A DNA stretch of 64,000 bases from an uncultured Gammaproteobacteria bacterium. GTDB taxonomy: Bacteria > Patescibacteriota > Microgenomatia > Levybacterales > UBA12049. A program made the position numbers and the translations under genes. Shown in pieces: positions 1-9,859 of the stretch. The notes under the pieces are model-generated. The model did no database searches and was not told the DNA's origin. It saw nothing but the letters and a program-made list of their open reading frames with translations. Positions within the stretch are counted from its first letter, which is position 1. Every line of letters begins with the position of its first letter. Where the stretch lies: NCBI GenBank assembly GCA_964512695.1, contig CAZEJU010000003.1:9897-73896 (forward strand), given 5' to 3'.

Positions 1-20
1 TCAGTGGTGCTGTATCCGGT

Positions 21-719
21 ATGATCTATTTTAAGATACGGTATCGTCATGCCGGATTAACACTTTTAACAACACAGGCTCTTCGCACGATAACAGGTAT
101 ATTCATCTGTGTCTTTCTCTACTTTTTTCTGTACGCTGATATTTTCACTATGCTTTACCCATTGGTTGAAAAAAACGCGATACAACCCATAGCCAAACTT
201 GTAGGTTATGCTTTTAAAACACCCAAATTTAGTGATGATATGTTCCGCCTCGTACCATCATATCCGCCAGCACAACGAAATCCATATGTTCCACAACCTC
301 AACCAAATCCTCCACCCTATACGAATCCACAACCGCAACCGCCTGTTACAACTATGCCAAGTCCATCTGAAATAGTCGGAGCTTTAAATAACTATCGTGC
401 TAAAAATGGTCTATCTGCTTTCACACAGGATGATTTTCTCATGGGATATGCCCAACAACGAGCCCAGTATTTCGTTTCTCGCGGAGGACTAGATAATCAC
501 GATCAATTTTTTAAAGATATTCGGGATAGTAGATTTAACGCATATTATTCGTTAGGAGAAAACTCCGCGTCTAGCGGAACAATGACAGCCGAAAAATTAA
601 TTGAGGAATTTTTCGGAAGAAGTTCAGGGCATAATGATAACCAATTAAGTACGCAGTGGACACATGTTGGTGTGGGTGTAAGTGGATCATATACCGATGT
701 AGTATTTGGAAGGAAATAA
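21..719 (+). CDS. CAP/SCP-domain surface protein with N-terminal TM and Pro/Gln-rich linker
   Basis: LNNYRAKNGL, GEN, S.GHNDN, HVGVGV motifs of the CAP domain; start uncertain. Confidence 0.8.
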   Translation: MIYFKIRYRHAGLTLLTTQALRTITGIFICVFLYFFLYADIFTMLYPLVEKNAIQPIAKLVGYAFKTPKFSDDMFRLVPSYPPAQRNPYVPQPQPNPPPYTNPQPQPPVTTMPSPSEIVGALNNYRAKNGLSAFTQDDFLMGYAQQRAQYFVSRGGLDNHDQFFKDIRDSRFNAYYSLGENSASSGTMTAEKLIEEFFGRSSGHNDNQLSTQWTHVGVGVSGSYTDVVFGRK

Positions 720-825
720 ACGCAAGGCAGGGAAACTCAAGAATACTTTCCACTCATGAAAAAATGAATCACTCTGACACAGCTTCATAAAAGAACTATA
801 ATCTCTGAGCTTCTCTGTTAGAGTA

Positions 826-859
826 GAAAAGGTAGGTGGCGGCAACATGGCCGCCACCT
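826..859 (-). terminator. Intrinsic terminator
   Basis: Perfect 10-bp stem AGGTGGCGGC/GCCGCCACCT (834-859) with a short T tract on the minus strand, just after the 875-1099 stop. Confidence 0.75.
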
Positions 860-874
860 GTGTGATTGTCAAAC

Positions 875-1099
875 TTAGCTATCACCATCTGCATCTTCTT
901 CGATACCATGTTCGGTGTCATCAGACCGGGGAACATCCCTCGTATAGAAAGCTTCAGTAGGGATTACTGCACTACTCGCATCGCTGCTCTCCGCTTGTCC
1001 TTCATCCAGAATGTCTTCTCGACGTCCCAGGGTTTCTGGTTCAATGACAACTTCATCCGCCTCTAACGAGTCTTCTGCTCTGCGCACTTCTTCAGACAT
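875..1099 (-). CDS. Small very acidic hypothetical protein (74 aa)
   Basis: AAAGGA SD upstream of the ATG, own terminator, D/E-rich composition. Confidence 0.6.
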   Translation of the reverse strand: MSEEVRRAEDSLEADEVVIEPETLGRREDILDEGQAESSDASSAVIPTEAFYTRDVPRSDDTEHGIEEDADGDS

Positions 1100-1339
1100 G
1101 ATGCATTCCTTTCATCTTACAAAAAATCTCTGCCTTGCGTTGTCAAAGTTCATAATGAACTATTCACCAGTTATCATATAAAACTAACAGAACATGTGGT
1201 AAATAAGTAAGTAATACGTAAGAATTTACGCGAGCTACTAGAAGATGCAGGATAGGTCTTATAGCAAATCTTTCTTTCTGAAACCTGCAGGAGATCATAC
1301 CACGAACATCTTATATACAATAATTCTAAACTTTAAACA

Positions 1340-1627
1340 TTATTCCAGCGGTATCTGATCAATGAGAGGTAAATATACACGAACTTCCTCCCAAAATTTA
1401 TCCGAAAGATTTGAAGAAAACTTTGCATATCCACTATTTTCAGATTTTGCACAGAGTTCATTATCATAACGTCTAATAATCCGTAAAATTTTTTGACCTT
1501 TTTCGTTAAATTCTTCGAGGACAGATTCATCTCCAGCTGCTAAACGGTCATGTAAACTTTTGAAGTCTGTAAAAAACTCATGATATTCGTTTACCATGGT
1601 CGTGAAGTGTTTTTTATACTTGCTCAT
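1340..1627 (-). CDS. Hypothetical helical protein
   Basis: ORF from MSKYKK; TGTTATACT extended -10 upstream. Confidence 0.7.
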   Translation of the reverse strand: MSKYKKHFTTMVNEYHEFFTDFKSLHDRLAAGDESVLEEFNEKGQKILRIIRRYDNELCAKSENSGYAKFSSNLSDKFWEEVRVYLPLIDQIPLE

Positions 1628-1728
1628 AAACGAAGATATGTAGTATAACACGAATATGTATACAAATGGAGAAGCAATTGTACAAAGTATAAATTATTCT
1701 TCATTACCTGAAGAGTGGTAGAGTAACT

Positions 1729-1980
1729 ATGTTTAAACCGTGGTTTAAATTAAATAAATGGAAAACAGGATGGATACCTATCTCATGGCAAGGCTGGTTA
1801 TTAACAATAGGCTTTATAGGTATGACTATGTATAATTTCTTTAGAATACACCAATCGTCTCAATCTATATTCGATACCTTACTAATTTTTATACCTCAAA
1901 CACTGATTTTTGCAGGTTTATTCAGTACTCTTTGTTACTTCCGCTCAGAGCGATCTTCAGGTGAAGAAATGTTACAATAA
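1729..1980 (+). CDS. Small 2-TM membrane protein
   Basis: W-rich N-terminus GWIPISWQGW followed by two hydrophobic segments. Confidence 0.7.
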   Translation: MFKPWFKLNKWKTGWIPISWQGWLLTIGFIGMTMYNFFRIHQSSQSIFDTLLIFIPQTLIFAGLFSTLCYFRSERSSGEEMLQ

Positions 1981-2060
1981 AAACAAATCAACGAAGTTCT
2001 AACAACTTCTCACTGATGTAACACTAGGAATCTTTGTACTTTTTCATTTCTAAAACTACT

Positions 2061-2720
2061 ATGTATTTTTTTCTTTTCTTTCTAGGACTATTCATACTTT
2101 TTTTCCTCTCTAAAGCAGTATCCATGCAAACCTCAATAATATTACATCGCATAACACATAATAAAACAGCTGCTATATTTCTTTTTTCCTTTCTTTTTCT
2201 TCCAGGAACTTTTGTCCATGAACTGGCTCATTTTCTTATGGCGAAGCTACTTTTTGTTCCTACTGGATCGTTCTCGTTAAAACCAGAACTTACAGGTAAC
2301 GACTTAAGACTAGGAAGAGTTATGATAGCAAAAACAGATATTATAAGGAGATTTCTCATAGGATCAGCCCCTTTCTTAGCAGGCACAGCTATTATCTTAT
2401 TAGCTACCTTTTTATTACAACAAGAAAACACTTGGAACAATCCATATTTCCTAGTATTTGTTATATTGATTATTTTCCAAATCGGTAACACAATGTTTTC
2501 TAGTAAAAAAGATATGGAGAGTATTGTACCTCTTCTGATTTTAGTAACTATACTAACAATAGTAGTGTATATAACAGGATTTCGTATAAAACTTGATCAA
2601 AACTCAATAGTATTTCTTAATGGCGTATTTAAGAAAGCAAGTTCCTTACTTCTGATACCTATTGGTATCGATATCGTATTGATATCCTGTTTATATTTGT
2701 ATAAAAGAGTACTTCAGTAA
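2061..2720 (+). CDS. Membrane protein with HExxH motif (peptidase M50-like)
   Basis: PGTFVHELAH, IGSAP, multiple TM segments. Confidence 0.7.
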   Translation: MYFFLFFLGLFILFFLSKAVSMQTSIILHRITHNKTAAIFLFSFLFLPGTFVHELAHFLMAKLLFVPTGSFSLKPELTGNDLRLGRVMIAKTDIIRRFLIGSAPFLAGTAIILLATFLLQQENTWNNPYFLVFVILIIFQIGNTMFSSKKDMESIVPLLILVTILTIVVYITGFRIKLDQNSIVFLNGVFKKASSLLLIPIGIDIVLISCLYLYKRVLQ

Positions 2721-2759
2721 GCTATAGCAATCACTATCTAAATTTTCTATAATACGCCT

Positions 2760-3203
2760 ATGGCAAAAGTTAAAAGTGAGATTAAGCGACTTTATCGTTC
2801 AGAAACTGATGTTATTATTGCAGGAGTAGCAGGAGGGCTAGGTGAATATTTTGAAATTGATCCAGTCATTATTCGGCTTCTTTTTCTCGCTGCTGTATTC
2901 TTTGGAGGATTTGGCGTACCAATATATCTTGTTTTGTGGATTATACTTCCTACTAAAAAATCTGGGGAACCCGCGACCCAGAAGACCATTAATCATAATA
3001 TCGCTGAAATGAGGGGGAAAGCAGCCTCCTTAGCTGAAGGATTACGTGGAGTGAAGACAGGAGAAAAATCCAAAAATACACTTGCTATTCTTCTTATCGT
3101 TATAGGTGGAATACTGTTTCTCCATAAACTGGGTATTATCCGTTTTGATTTTATATGGCCTCTCTTTTTAATCGGCTTGGGAGTTTTTCTTTTTTCCAGA
3201 TAG
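2760..3203 (+). CDS. pspC: PspC-domain membrane protein
   Basis: RLYRS...IAGVAGGLGEYF.IDPVIIR...YLVLWIILP. Confidence 0.85.
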   Translation: MAKVKSEIKRLYRSETDVIIAGVAGGLGEYFEIDPVIIRLLFLAAVFFGGFGVPIYLVLWIILPTKKSGEPATQKTINHNIAEMRGKAASLAEGLRGVKTGEKSKNTLAILLIVIGGILFLHKLGIIRFDFIWPLFLIGLGVFLFSR

Positions 3204-3247
3204 ATTTTCCCTACACAAAAAATACATGATCCACTATAATGCGACAT

Positions 3248-3847
3248 ATGTCAAAAGAAATCGCATATTGTTCACTCGATCCAGATTTCCCAGAAACAGG
3301 ATATATAGGATTTCTGTTTATACTTCACGATGACAATTTGCTTGGTACATTACCCCTTGATACTATCTACACAAGTATCGATCATGCTTCAGAAGGAATA
3401 AAAGCTATATTCGAACAAATAAAGGGAACGCAAAAAAAAATAACGATACCACAAGAGTGTGTACTGATAAGTATTAAAAAACAATCTTTACTACCTTTAA
3501 AAAAGAACTATTGGAAAAATCCCCAAATAAACTATAGTGAACACTCACGTGTTACTACTTTTTCACCTGTCTTGGAAAATCCTTCTCTTTTCTCTTTGCT
3601 TGTTACACCATTTTCTTATGACGATGTTGTTAACAAATGGTACTTCACTGCCGCCATGCCTTTATATCACAAATTCAATCCTAAAACGATAGAAGCATTC
3701 ATGAAATTTAGTGATTATGTAGTCGAGCCAAGAGCAAAAACTGCCGCAATATATACATTAGAACAAAAAGTTCGATTTAATTGGATGACAAAAGAAATAA
3801 AAGAGTTTGAACATCATAAAACTATAAAACCTAAAGAAAAAAGTTAG
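3248..3847 (+). CDS. Hypothetical protein
   Basis: ORF of about 200 aa; TATAAT 7 nt before ATG 3248. Confidence 0.65.
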   Translation: MSKEIAYCSLDPDFPETGYIGFLFILHDDNLLGTLPLDTIYTSIDHASEGIKAIFEQIKGTQKKITIPQECVLISIKKQSLLPLKKNYWKNPQINYSEHSRVTTFSPVLENPSLFSLLVTPFSYDDVVNKWYFTAAMPLYHKFNPKTIEAFMKFSDYVVEPRAKTAAIYTLEQKVRFNWMTKEIKEFEHHKTIKPKEKS

Positions 3848-3924
3848 AGTTTAACACTCTCTATCTGGTTGTTACGATCTCTTCACTAATTACTAAAAGA
3901 TATGCTATTATGTAAAACGTCATT

Positions 3925-4401
3925 ATGAAAAAGACAATCTTTATATGGGCTCTATTACTCTTCCTTTTCGTCGAGTTCCTTCTAGTTATTTCCCCAGGTG
4001 ATATGAAAGTAACAAATTCTAACGTTTTACCTACTCAAACTATTAATCTAGCAAGTGATCAAAAAAATAAAGAAACACAATCTCTTAAAAAAGAAATCCT
4101 TAAAGAAGGAACAGGGACAGCAGTAAAAATCGGTGATACCGCCCTCGTACATTACAAGGGAACGTTAACAGATGGAACAGAATTTGATAGTTCATTTAAG
4201 AGAAATGAACCTTTTTCTGTCACATTGGGAACAAATCAGGTTATTAAAGGCTGGGAAGAAGGTATCCCAGGAATGAAGATAGGCGAGAAACGAAAACTTA
4301 CTATTCCCCCTAGCTTAGGCTATGGTGAATCTGGTTCACCACCTGTCATCCCACCTAATGCTACACTTATTTTTGAAGTTGAGCTGATTGATATTAAATA
4401 A
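3925..4401 (+). CDS. FKBP-type peptidyl-prolyl cis-trans isomerase, membrane-anchored
   Basis: [34 protein letters not shown]. Confidence 0.95.
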   Translation: MKKTIFIWALLLFLFVEFLLVISPGDMKVTNSNVLPTQTINLASDQKNKETQSLKKEILKEGTGTAVKIGDTALVHYKGTLTDGTEFDSSFKRNEPFSVTLGTNQVIKGWEEGIPGMKIGEKRKLTIPPSLGYGESGSPPVIPPNATLIFEVELIDIK

Positions 4402-5428
4402 TTCTCTGCGTAGTTTTTTGCATAATTTGTTCTTTAATAGTTTTTTCCCTCTCACGTTTAATAGCATAATCAATGATAGCTAGAATAAAAAGATTGGGAA
4501 GTAATGTACTCAAAGCGTAAAACTGAAAACTATAAAAAAGGAAAAACTGCGTTAAAAAGATGAAAATCATCACTGCAATTTTAAATTGACTATATGCACG
4601 GAGTCGTGAAGATCTCAGTAAAAAAAATCCTTCTAAAATAAAAACTGCTGCCACCAATGCAGTTATGAGAACTCCCCATTTATCAAATGATAAATAAATA
4701 CGAGCAGCAATGCTATAAGAGATAAGACCTATCGCTAAAGCTGCTTGTAATAAAAGAAAAAATATAACAAAACGGGCAAGTAAAAAAGACTTTGTCATAA
4801 ATTGGTAAATGCTTCTTAATTTCCGACGAAATATAAGAAAATAGCCAGGTTTTTTTGGTTGTATTGCTTCAATTTTTGATAATAACTCATATAACCATTG
4901 AGCAATAGGATCACTTAAATCAGATTTCTGTAAATATTCAAAGGCAAGTCTTTCCTCCTCGACATCCAAATCATTAATCACAGCTTCCTGAGTCATATCT
5001 AAGGCGTTGATCAAATATTCTTTTTTTGAATATGCACGGTACTGAGGAATCATACGAAAAAGAAGAAAGAGTAGAATAAAAATTACGTAAATAATTGCAA
5101 CAGCTGGTTGAAAAAAATAATTATTATCGCTTGTTAAAAACTTACCTAATTCATCGATAAATGCACCGAAACCGATTCCACCAATAACTGCTGCTAGCTG
5201 CATCGCAAATCTATTAAGGAATGTTAATAAGAGAATTAATGCTGCAGTCATAAACAATCCCCCCCATAACATATGTGCAACATGTATACCTCGACCACCA
5301 AGTTGGGGATAACCTGTAATGAATAAAAAGAAACGAATTGAAAAAAGTGAGGAAATGGCAGAAACTAAAAAAATTTCTAAGAGATCATCAGCCTCGATGT
5401 TTCTTATAAATATTCCTTTTAATGACAT
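4394..5428 (-). CDS. Conserved multi-pass membrane protein
   Basis: [12 protein letters not shown] and FIDELGKF motifs; many TM segments. Confidence 0.75.
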   Translation of the reverse strand: MSLKGIFIRNIEADDLLEIFLVSAISSLFSIRFFLFITGYPQLGGRGIHVAHMLWGGLFMTAALILLLTFLNRFAMQLAAVIGGIGFGAFIDELGKFLTSDNNYFFQPAVAIIYVIFILLFLLFRMIPQYRAYSKKEYLINALDMTQEAVINDLDVEEERLAFEYLQKSDLSDPIAQWLYELLSKIEAIQPKKPGYFLIFRRKLRSIYQFMTKSFLLARFVIFFLLLQAALAIGLISYSIAARIYLSFDKWGVLITALVAAVFILEGFFLLRSSRLRAYSQFKIAVMIFIFLTQFFLFYSFQFYALSTLLPNLFILAIIDYAIKREREKTIKEQIMQKTTQRII

Positions 5429-5502
5429 ACCTACAGTATATCAAACTTACTCTCTTCAACTGGTTAGATTACAAAAAATGTGTTATCATTCCGATGCAAA
5501 CT

Positions 5503-6051
5503 ATGAATAAAGCAAAAAATGAAACTCTAAAAAAACAAGCTGTTACTATCGCTTCTGAGATATCACATCTTATAACTCAATATACCCATGACAGTTTCAC
5601 CTCAAAATTCTTTCTGACCGATGAAATTGGTACAAACTTTTATATAGCAGCTGGTGGTTTTGCAGCTGTAATTTATGAACCTCAATTAGAAGCTGATGAG
5701 GTGCAAAACATTCATGCATTATCATTTTTTCTTATTCTTATTACATATGGATTCCAAATATATATTCGAGAACGTTCGCTAAGAACCAATAGCTCACCTT
5801 ACACACTACCCACAAATAAGAAAAAAATTGAAGTAGCAAATTCTGTTATCTTAGAACGAGCTGAAACAGGAAACCTGGTATCTTCTCCTCTTGCTGATGA
5901 AATAATTGAACTAACACTTATGCAAGTACAAAAAACATTACATGAAAAAGACTTTACCTTAGCTGAACACAGGTTAAATGAAAAAAAATTATACACATAT
6001 ATGACTGTATCACTGTATTTCGGTTATAATATGGCTGCAGAACTCCTCTAA
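5503..6051 (+). CDS. Hypothetical protein, paralog A1
   Basis: Shares QYT.DSFTSKF and ERS...PYTL with the next ORF; start 5494 or 5503. Confidence 0.7.
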   Translation: MNKAKNETLKKQAVTIASEISHLITQYTHDSFTSKFFLTDEIGTNFYIAAGGFAAVIYEPQLEADEVQNIHALSFFLILITYGFQIYIRERSLRTNSSPYTLPTNKKKIEVANSVILERAETGNLVSSPLADEIIELTLMQVQKTLHEKDFTLAEHRLNEKKLYTYMTVSLYFGYNMAAELL

Positions 6052-6173
6052 GCTCTCCCAGGTCCTCGAAAATTGGCTCTGAAACTTTGCAACTATGTAA
6101 CTCATTATAACTTCATACTTGCCAAGTGTAATTTTTCTTTTTATACTAAACATACAGGCAGAAATTACTTTCG

Positions 6174-6734
6174 ATGAAAATTTTGCCTGAACCAGCTGAC
6201 CAACAAATAATTTTAGCAACACAGATTTGGGAGGACGTCGTGCATTCGATGGGTCAGTATACAAACGATAGTTTTACTTCAAAGTTTTTACCCCCCGAAG
6301 AAATACTTACATATGTGCGCCCCATAGCATCGTCGTTTGCGCAACTTCATTACACTCCTCTACCAACAAAAAAAGAAATCTATAAATCCCATCTCTATGG
6401 AGTGTTTTATTTTCTCATTATATGTGGTATGCAAATGCATATTAAAGAACGATCAATACTAAAAAACCATGCTCCTTATACACTAGAAACTCATGAAAAA
6501 TTAATCAGAGAAGCAAAAAATCGAGTTATGAATGAACTCACCGAGGGGATAAAAGTATACCCTCCTTTAAATCACGCAATGGATATTTTCCTATCAAATG
6601 TAGCAACACCGCGAAGATTATAAAGATTACCTTTAAAAAATTATGAATTCGACGCAGAAAAATTTGATAAATTTCTCCCCGTCACATTGTTATGGGGGTA
6701 TCTTTTTGCAAAAGAAATAATAAAAGATAAATGA
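6174..6734 (+). pseudogene. Paralog A2 interrupted by an in-frame TAA at 6621-6623
   Basis: Frame continues for 36 codons after the stop and resembles the A1 C-terminus. Confidence 0.7.
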
Positions 6735-6771
6735 TTTACTATAGCATTCATCTTCAACATAGTTTGATCGT

Positions 6772-7497
6772 ATGTCTGGAATTCATGCTATAGAATCGGG
6801 AAGAAACCTTCAGTCTTTAACAGAACCCACATCTGCTTTTTCTGTCATCTCTCTACGTCAAATTGACACCCTAAAACAGGGTCTTGAATATATTAGGGAA
6901 GAAGGCCCGAAATATCGAATACTTCCCGATTCCCATACTGCTCTAAAAGTCAGACAATATGGAACACTTTGCGATGAACATACTTTTCAAACTATAGAAA
7001 AAGGTAACTGGCGAGTAACTGTTTATGATCCTGAAGGGAAATTCAATCAAGCATACTTCACCACACCGCCAGAAGTTACATTCTTAGCACAACAGCTGAC
7101 TCCACTACAAAGATTTCGCCAACCTCCTCCTGAAGATACAAGAGCTCAAAAACATACTGCAGCACAATTATTCTTAGCTGAAAATACAAGCATTTTGGCA
7201 GAACATATTTTCTGTCAGATGGGAATAGAAAAAAAAGTAACTACTATACCGCTCCTTTTAGAACTCTGGAGTAGACCAGATTTAACTCTTTTTATACCCG
7301 ATCCACTTCTCCTTGAGATTGGATTAGGAGGTAAATTTGGAAAAGTAGAAAGGTATGTAGATGACTTTGAAAGAGTATACCCTTCTATGAAAGGACGCGT
7401 TCAGGGAGCAGTCGTTCATTACACTGTAAATGAAGAAGGGGGAAACTTACGTATATTTACATCATCACCATATACAAAGATGAAACAAGCAGCATAA
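6772..7497 (+). CDS. Hypothetical protein B1, PD-(D/E)XK-like C-terminal domain
   Basis: QLFLAEN...RPDL...LLLEIG...KVERY...VQGAVV. Confidence 0.65.
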   Translation: MSGIHAIESGRNLQSLTEPTSAFSVISLRQIDTLKQGLEYIREEGPKYRILPDSHTALKVRQYGTLCDEHTFQTIEKGNWRVTVYDPEGKFNQAYFTTPPEVTFLAQQLTPLQRFRQPPPEDTRAQKHTAAQLFLAENTSILAEHIFCQMGIEKKVTTIPLLLELWSRPDLTLFIPDPLLLEIGLGGKFGKVERYVDDFERVYPSMKGRVQGAVVHYTVNEEGGNLRIFTSSPYTKMKQAA

Positions 7498-7507
7498 ACA
7501 TTTAAAT

Positions 7508-8197
7508 ATGAGAACAAATGTAGAGCTAGGTTATAATTCAATAGAAACAGCAATCGTTCACGCAGACAAAAATAGGCGACAAAGATTAACAGAAGGACTA
7601 GACTATCTTCGTATGCAGATGCCTAAATACCTTATTCGTCCAGAAGGCCATACTGTTCGTGAAGTAAAAAGGTTTCATGGGACATGGCCGCAACATATTT
7701 TTGATACTGTAGGCATGGGTGGCTGGCAAGTAACGGTTATAGATCCCATTGGCCTTTTCAACCGGGCTACACTTACTCCAGCGCCAGAAATAAGCCACCT
7801 TGCAGGCGAACTAGCTATTGCTCAGGATTTTATAAAACCTCCTGAATACGATAAACATGCTCAGGAACATACGAGCGTCCAACTGTTTTTAGCTGCTAAT
7901 ACGAGAAAAATGGTTGAGAGTATCTTCTGTAATATGGGAGCTGCACCGCCAAAACATATTGCACCGTTTATTCTTGAACCAGGGCATGGACCTGATATAG
8001 TAATGCTTACTCCAGATCCATTTATTGTTGAAATAGGAAAAGAAGGTAAATTTCCTGTATTAGAAGAGTATATTAAAGAATTTCAATATCAGTATCCATA
8101 TGTAGCGGATCGTGTAACAGGAGCAGTTGTATATTATAAAAAAACAAAATCAGGTGCATCTTTAAACGTTTTTAGTAGCAGAATAGGTGTAAGCTAA
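7508..8197 (+). CDS. Hypothetical protein B2, paralog of B1
   Basis: QLFLAAN...GPDI...FIVEIGK...LEEY...VTGAVV. Confidence 0.65.
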   Translation: MRTNVELGYNSIETAIVHADKNRRQRLTEGLDYLRMQMPKYLIRPEGHTVREVKRFHGTWPQHIFDTVGMGGWQVTVIDPIGLFNRATLTPAPEISHLAGELAIAQDFIKPPEYDKHAQEHTSVQLFLAANTRKMVESIFCNMGAAPPKHIAPFILEPGHGPDIVMLTPDPFIVEIGKEGKFPVLEEYIKEFQYQYPYVADRVTGAVVYYKKTKSGASLNVFSSRIGVS

Positions 8198-8221
8198 GTA
8201 TAATTATGAGATAATGACTAT

Positions 8222-8641
8222 ATGAAAATACTTATTGAAAACGATTTACAATATTTTATCCGCTTCGATAAAAATGAAGAGGTTCTAGAAGAACTTTCAA
8301 AACTTATCAATCTTAAGAATATACAAAGTGCATATTTTACTTGTATTGGTTCTGTAAAAGGACTCGTCCTATCTTACTACAATCTAACAACTAAACAGTA
8401 TGAAGATCATACGCTAGATGAAGATCTAGAGGTAGTAAGTATAACTGGAAATGTAGCGATTATGAATGATAAACCTGTTATTCATGCGCATGGCGTATTC
8501 TCAAAAAAAGATTTACATACTGTAGGTGGACATATAAAAAAACTACTCGTATCAGCAACATGCGAAGTATTTTTAACAAATTTATCTAATAATCTCTCCC
8601 GATCATTTGATAATGAAACAGGTCTTAATCTCCTGCAGTAA
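8222..8641 (+). CDS. PPC/DUF296 domain protein
   Basis: EVVSITGN, HAHG, GGH, ATCEV motifs. Confidence 0.9.
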   Translation: MKILIENDLQYFIRFDKNEEVLEELSKLINLKNIQSAYFTCIGSVKGLVLSYYNLTTKQYEDHTLDEDLEVVSITGNVAIMNDKPVIHAHGVFSKKDLHTVGGHIKKLLVSATCEVFLTNLSNNLSRSFDNETGLNLLQ

Positions 8642-8697
8642 AATACTATTACTTTATAGAAAAAAAATCTTTATTATGCTAGAGTATCAGAAGTCTT

Positions 8698-9858
8698 ATG
8701 AATATATATAAAAAAGTTTCGTTATTTCTTCTCATAATCATCCTCAGCTTCATTAATGTTCGAATTTCGTATGCTGCAACAGTTAAAACAGGGGACAGTA
8801 TTTACCTTTCTGAAGAGAAACAATACGAAGATCTTTATCTTTTTGGTAGTACGATTACAGCTGAAGCACCTATAAAGAATGATCTTATTGCTGCCGGAGG
8901 AGAAGTAACTCTTAATGGAGATGTAACAGGCAGCTTAATGGCTGCCGGGGGTACTCTTACTATACGTTCAAATGTTGATAACACAATGCGTGTAGCAGCT
9001 GGAGATGTTATTATAAGCGGAACTATCACACGTGATGTATTGATAGCCGCGGGTGTAGCTCGTATTACTAAAACTGCATCTATTAGCGGTGACTTAATCT
9101 TTATAGGCAGTGAGTTAGTAGTCGAGGGCACTGTAAAAGGGAAAGTAAATGCAACGGGTGAACAAGTAACAATTAATAGTCGTGTCGGTTCTGTAGAAGG
9201 CAATATGGGTTTACTAACCCTTGGGAAAAAAACAATAATAGAGAAAGAGCTTCGGTATTCTTCGCCCACGAAAGCAGCAATTCATGAATCCGCAACTATT
9301 CAAGGAAAAACCTACTATTCAGCGGTTAAACAAGAACCTAAAAACACACAAGGTATTTTAAGAGCTTTCACTCCAGGTGCGCTTTATACTTTATTCCTTG
9401 ATATGTTGCTTTCGCTAGGAGTTGTAGTCTTCTTACCAAATTTCGTTAAAAAAATAATAGCAACTTTGTCTAAATCCCCTCTTAATTCTGCAGGAACAGG
9501 TTTCTTCTTTGTTATTTTCTGGCCGCTTCTTAGCCTGGTTATGCTCTTTCTTCTCTGGTTATCTCTCATTTCATTTCTTTTTTATGCACTTATTCTTATT
9601 ACTAGTATTTTCTTAATGAAAATTGTCGTTGGGTGGCGACTTCTTAAATGGTGGCATATGCATCAAAAAACCACAGAAAAGTATCAAATAAATAGCTGGA
9701 AAACAGCAGTAGTTGGATCAATCGCTGTGTATATACTTATGCTTATACCTATTATAGGTTGGATTATCCTTATATTTATTTATCTTTTGACTGTAGGAGC
9801 TACTGTAAAAGCATTCCTTTCCTTTGTCCAATCATCTAGGATCAGTAACAAAAAATAA
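8698..9858 (+). CDS. Membrane protein with bactofilin-like beta-helix repeats
   Basis: Signal peptide, repeated DL.AAGG.V.I.G units, C-terminal TM bundle (IPIIGW). Confidence 0.75.
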   Translation: MNIYKKVSLFLLIIILSFINVRISYAATVKTGDSIYLSEEKQYEDLYLFGSTITAEAPIKNDLIAAGGEVTLNGDVTGSLMAAGGTLTIRSNVDNTMRVAAGDVIISGTITRDVLIAAGVARITKTASISGDLIFIGSELVVEGTVKGKVNATGEQVTINSRVGSVEGNMGLLTLGKKTIIEKELRYSSPTKAAIHESATIQGKTYYSAVKQEPKNTQGILRAFTPGALYTLFLDMLLSLGVVVFLPNFVKKIIATLSKSPLNSAGTGFFFVIFWPLLSLVMLFLLWLSLISFLFYALILITSIFLMKIVVGWRLLKWWHMHQKTTEKYQINSWKTAVVGSIAVYILMLIPIIGWIILIFIYLLTVGATVKAFLSFVQSSRISNKK

Positions 9859-9859
9859 A

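Noticed and set aside
8835-9269. Antisense ORFs such as 8835-9269, 20369-20800, 30345-30722 and the other short overlapping track ORFs
   Set aside because: They are shadows of well-supported genes on the opposite strand or frame, with no motifs.
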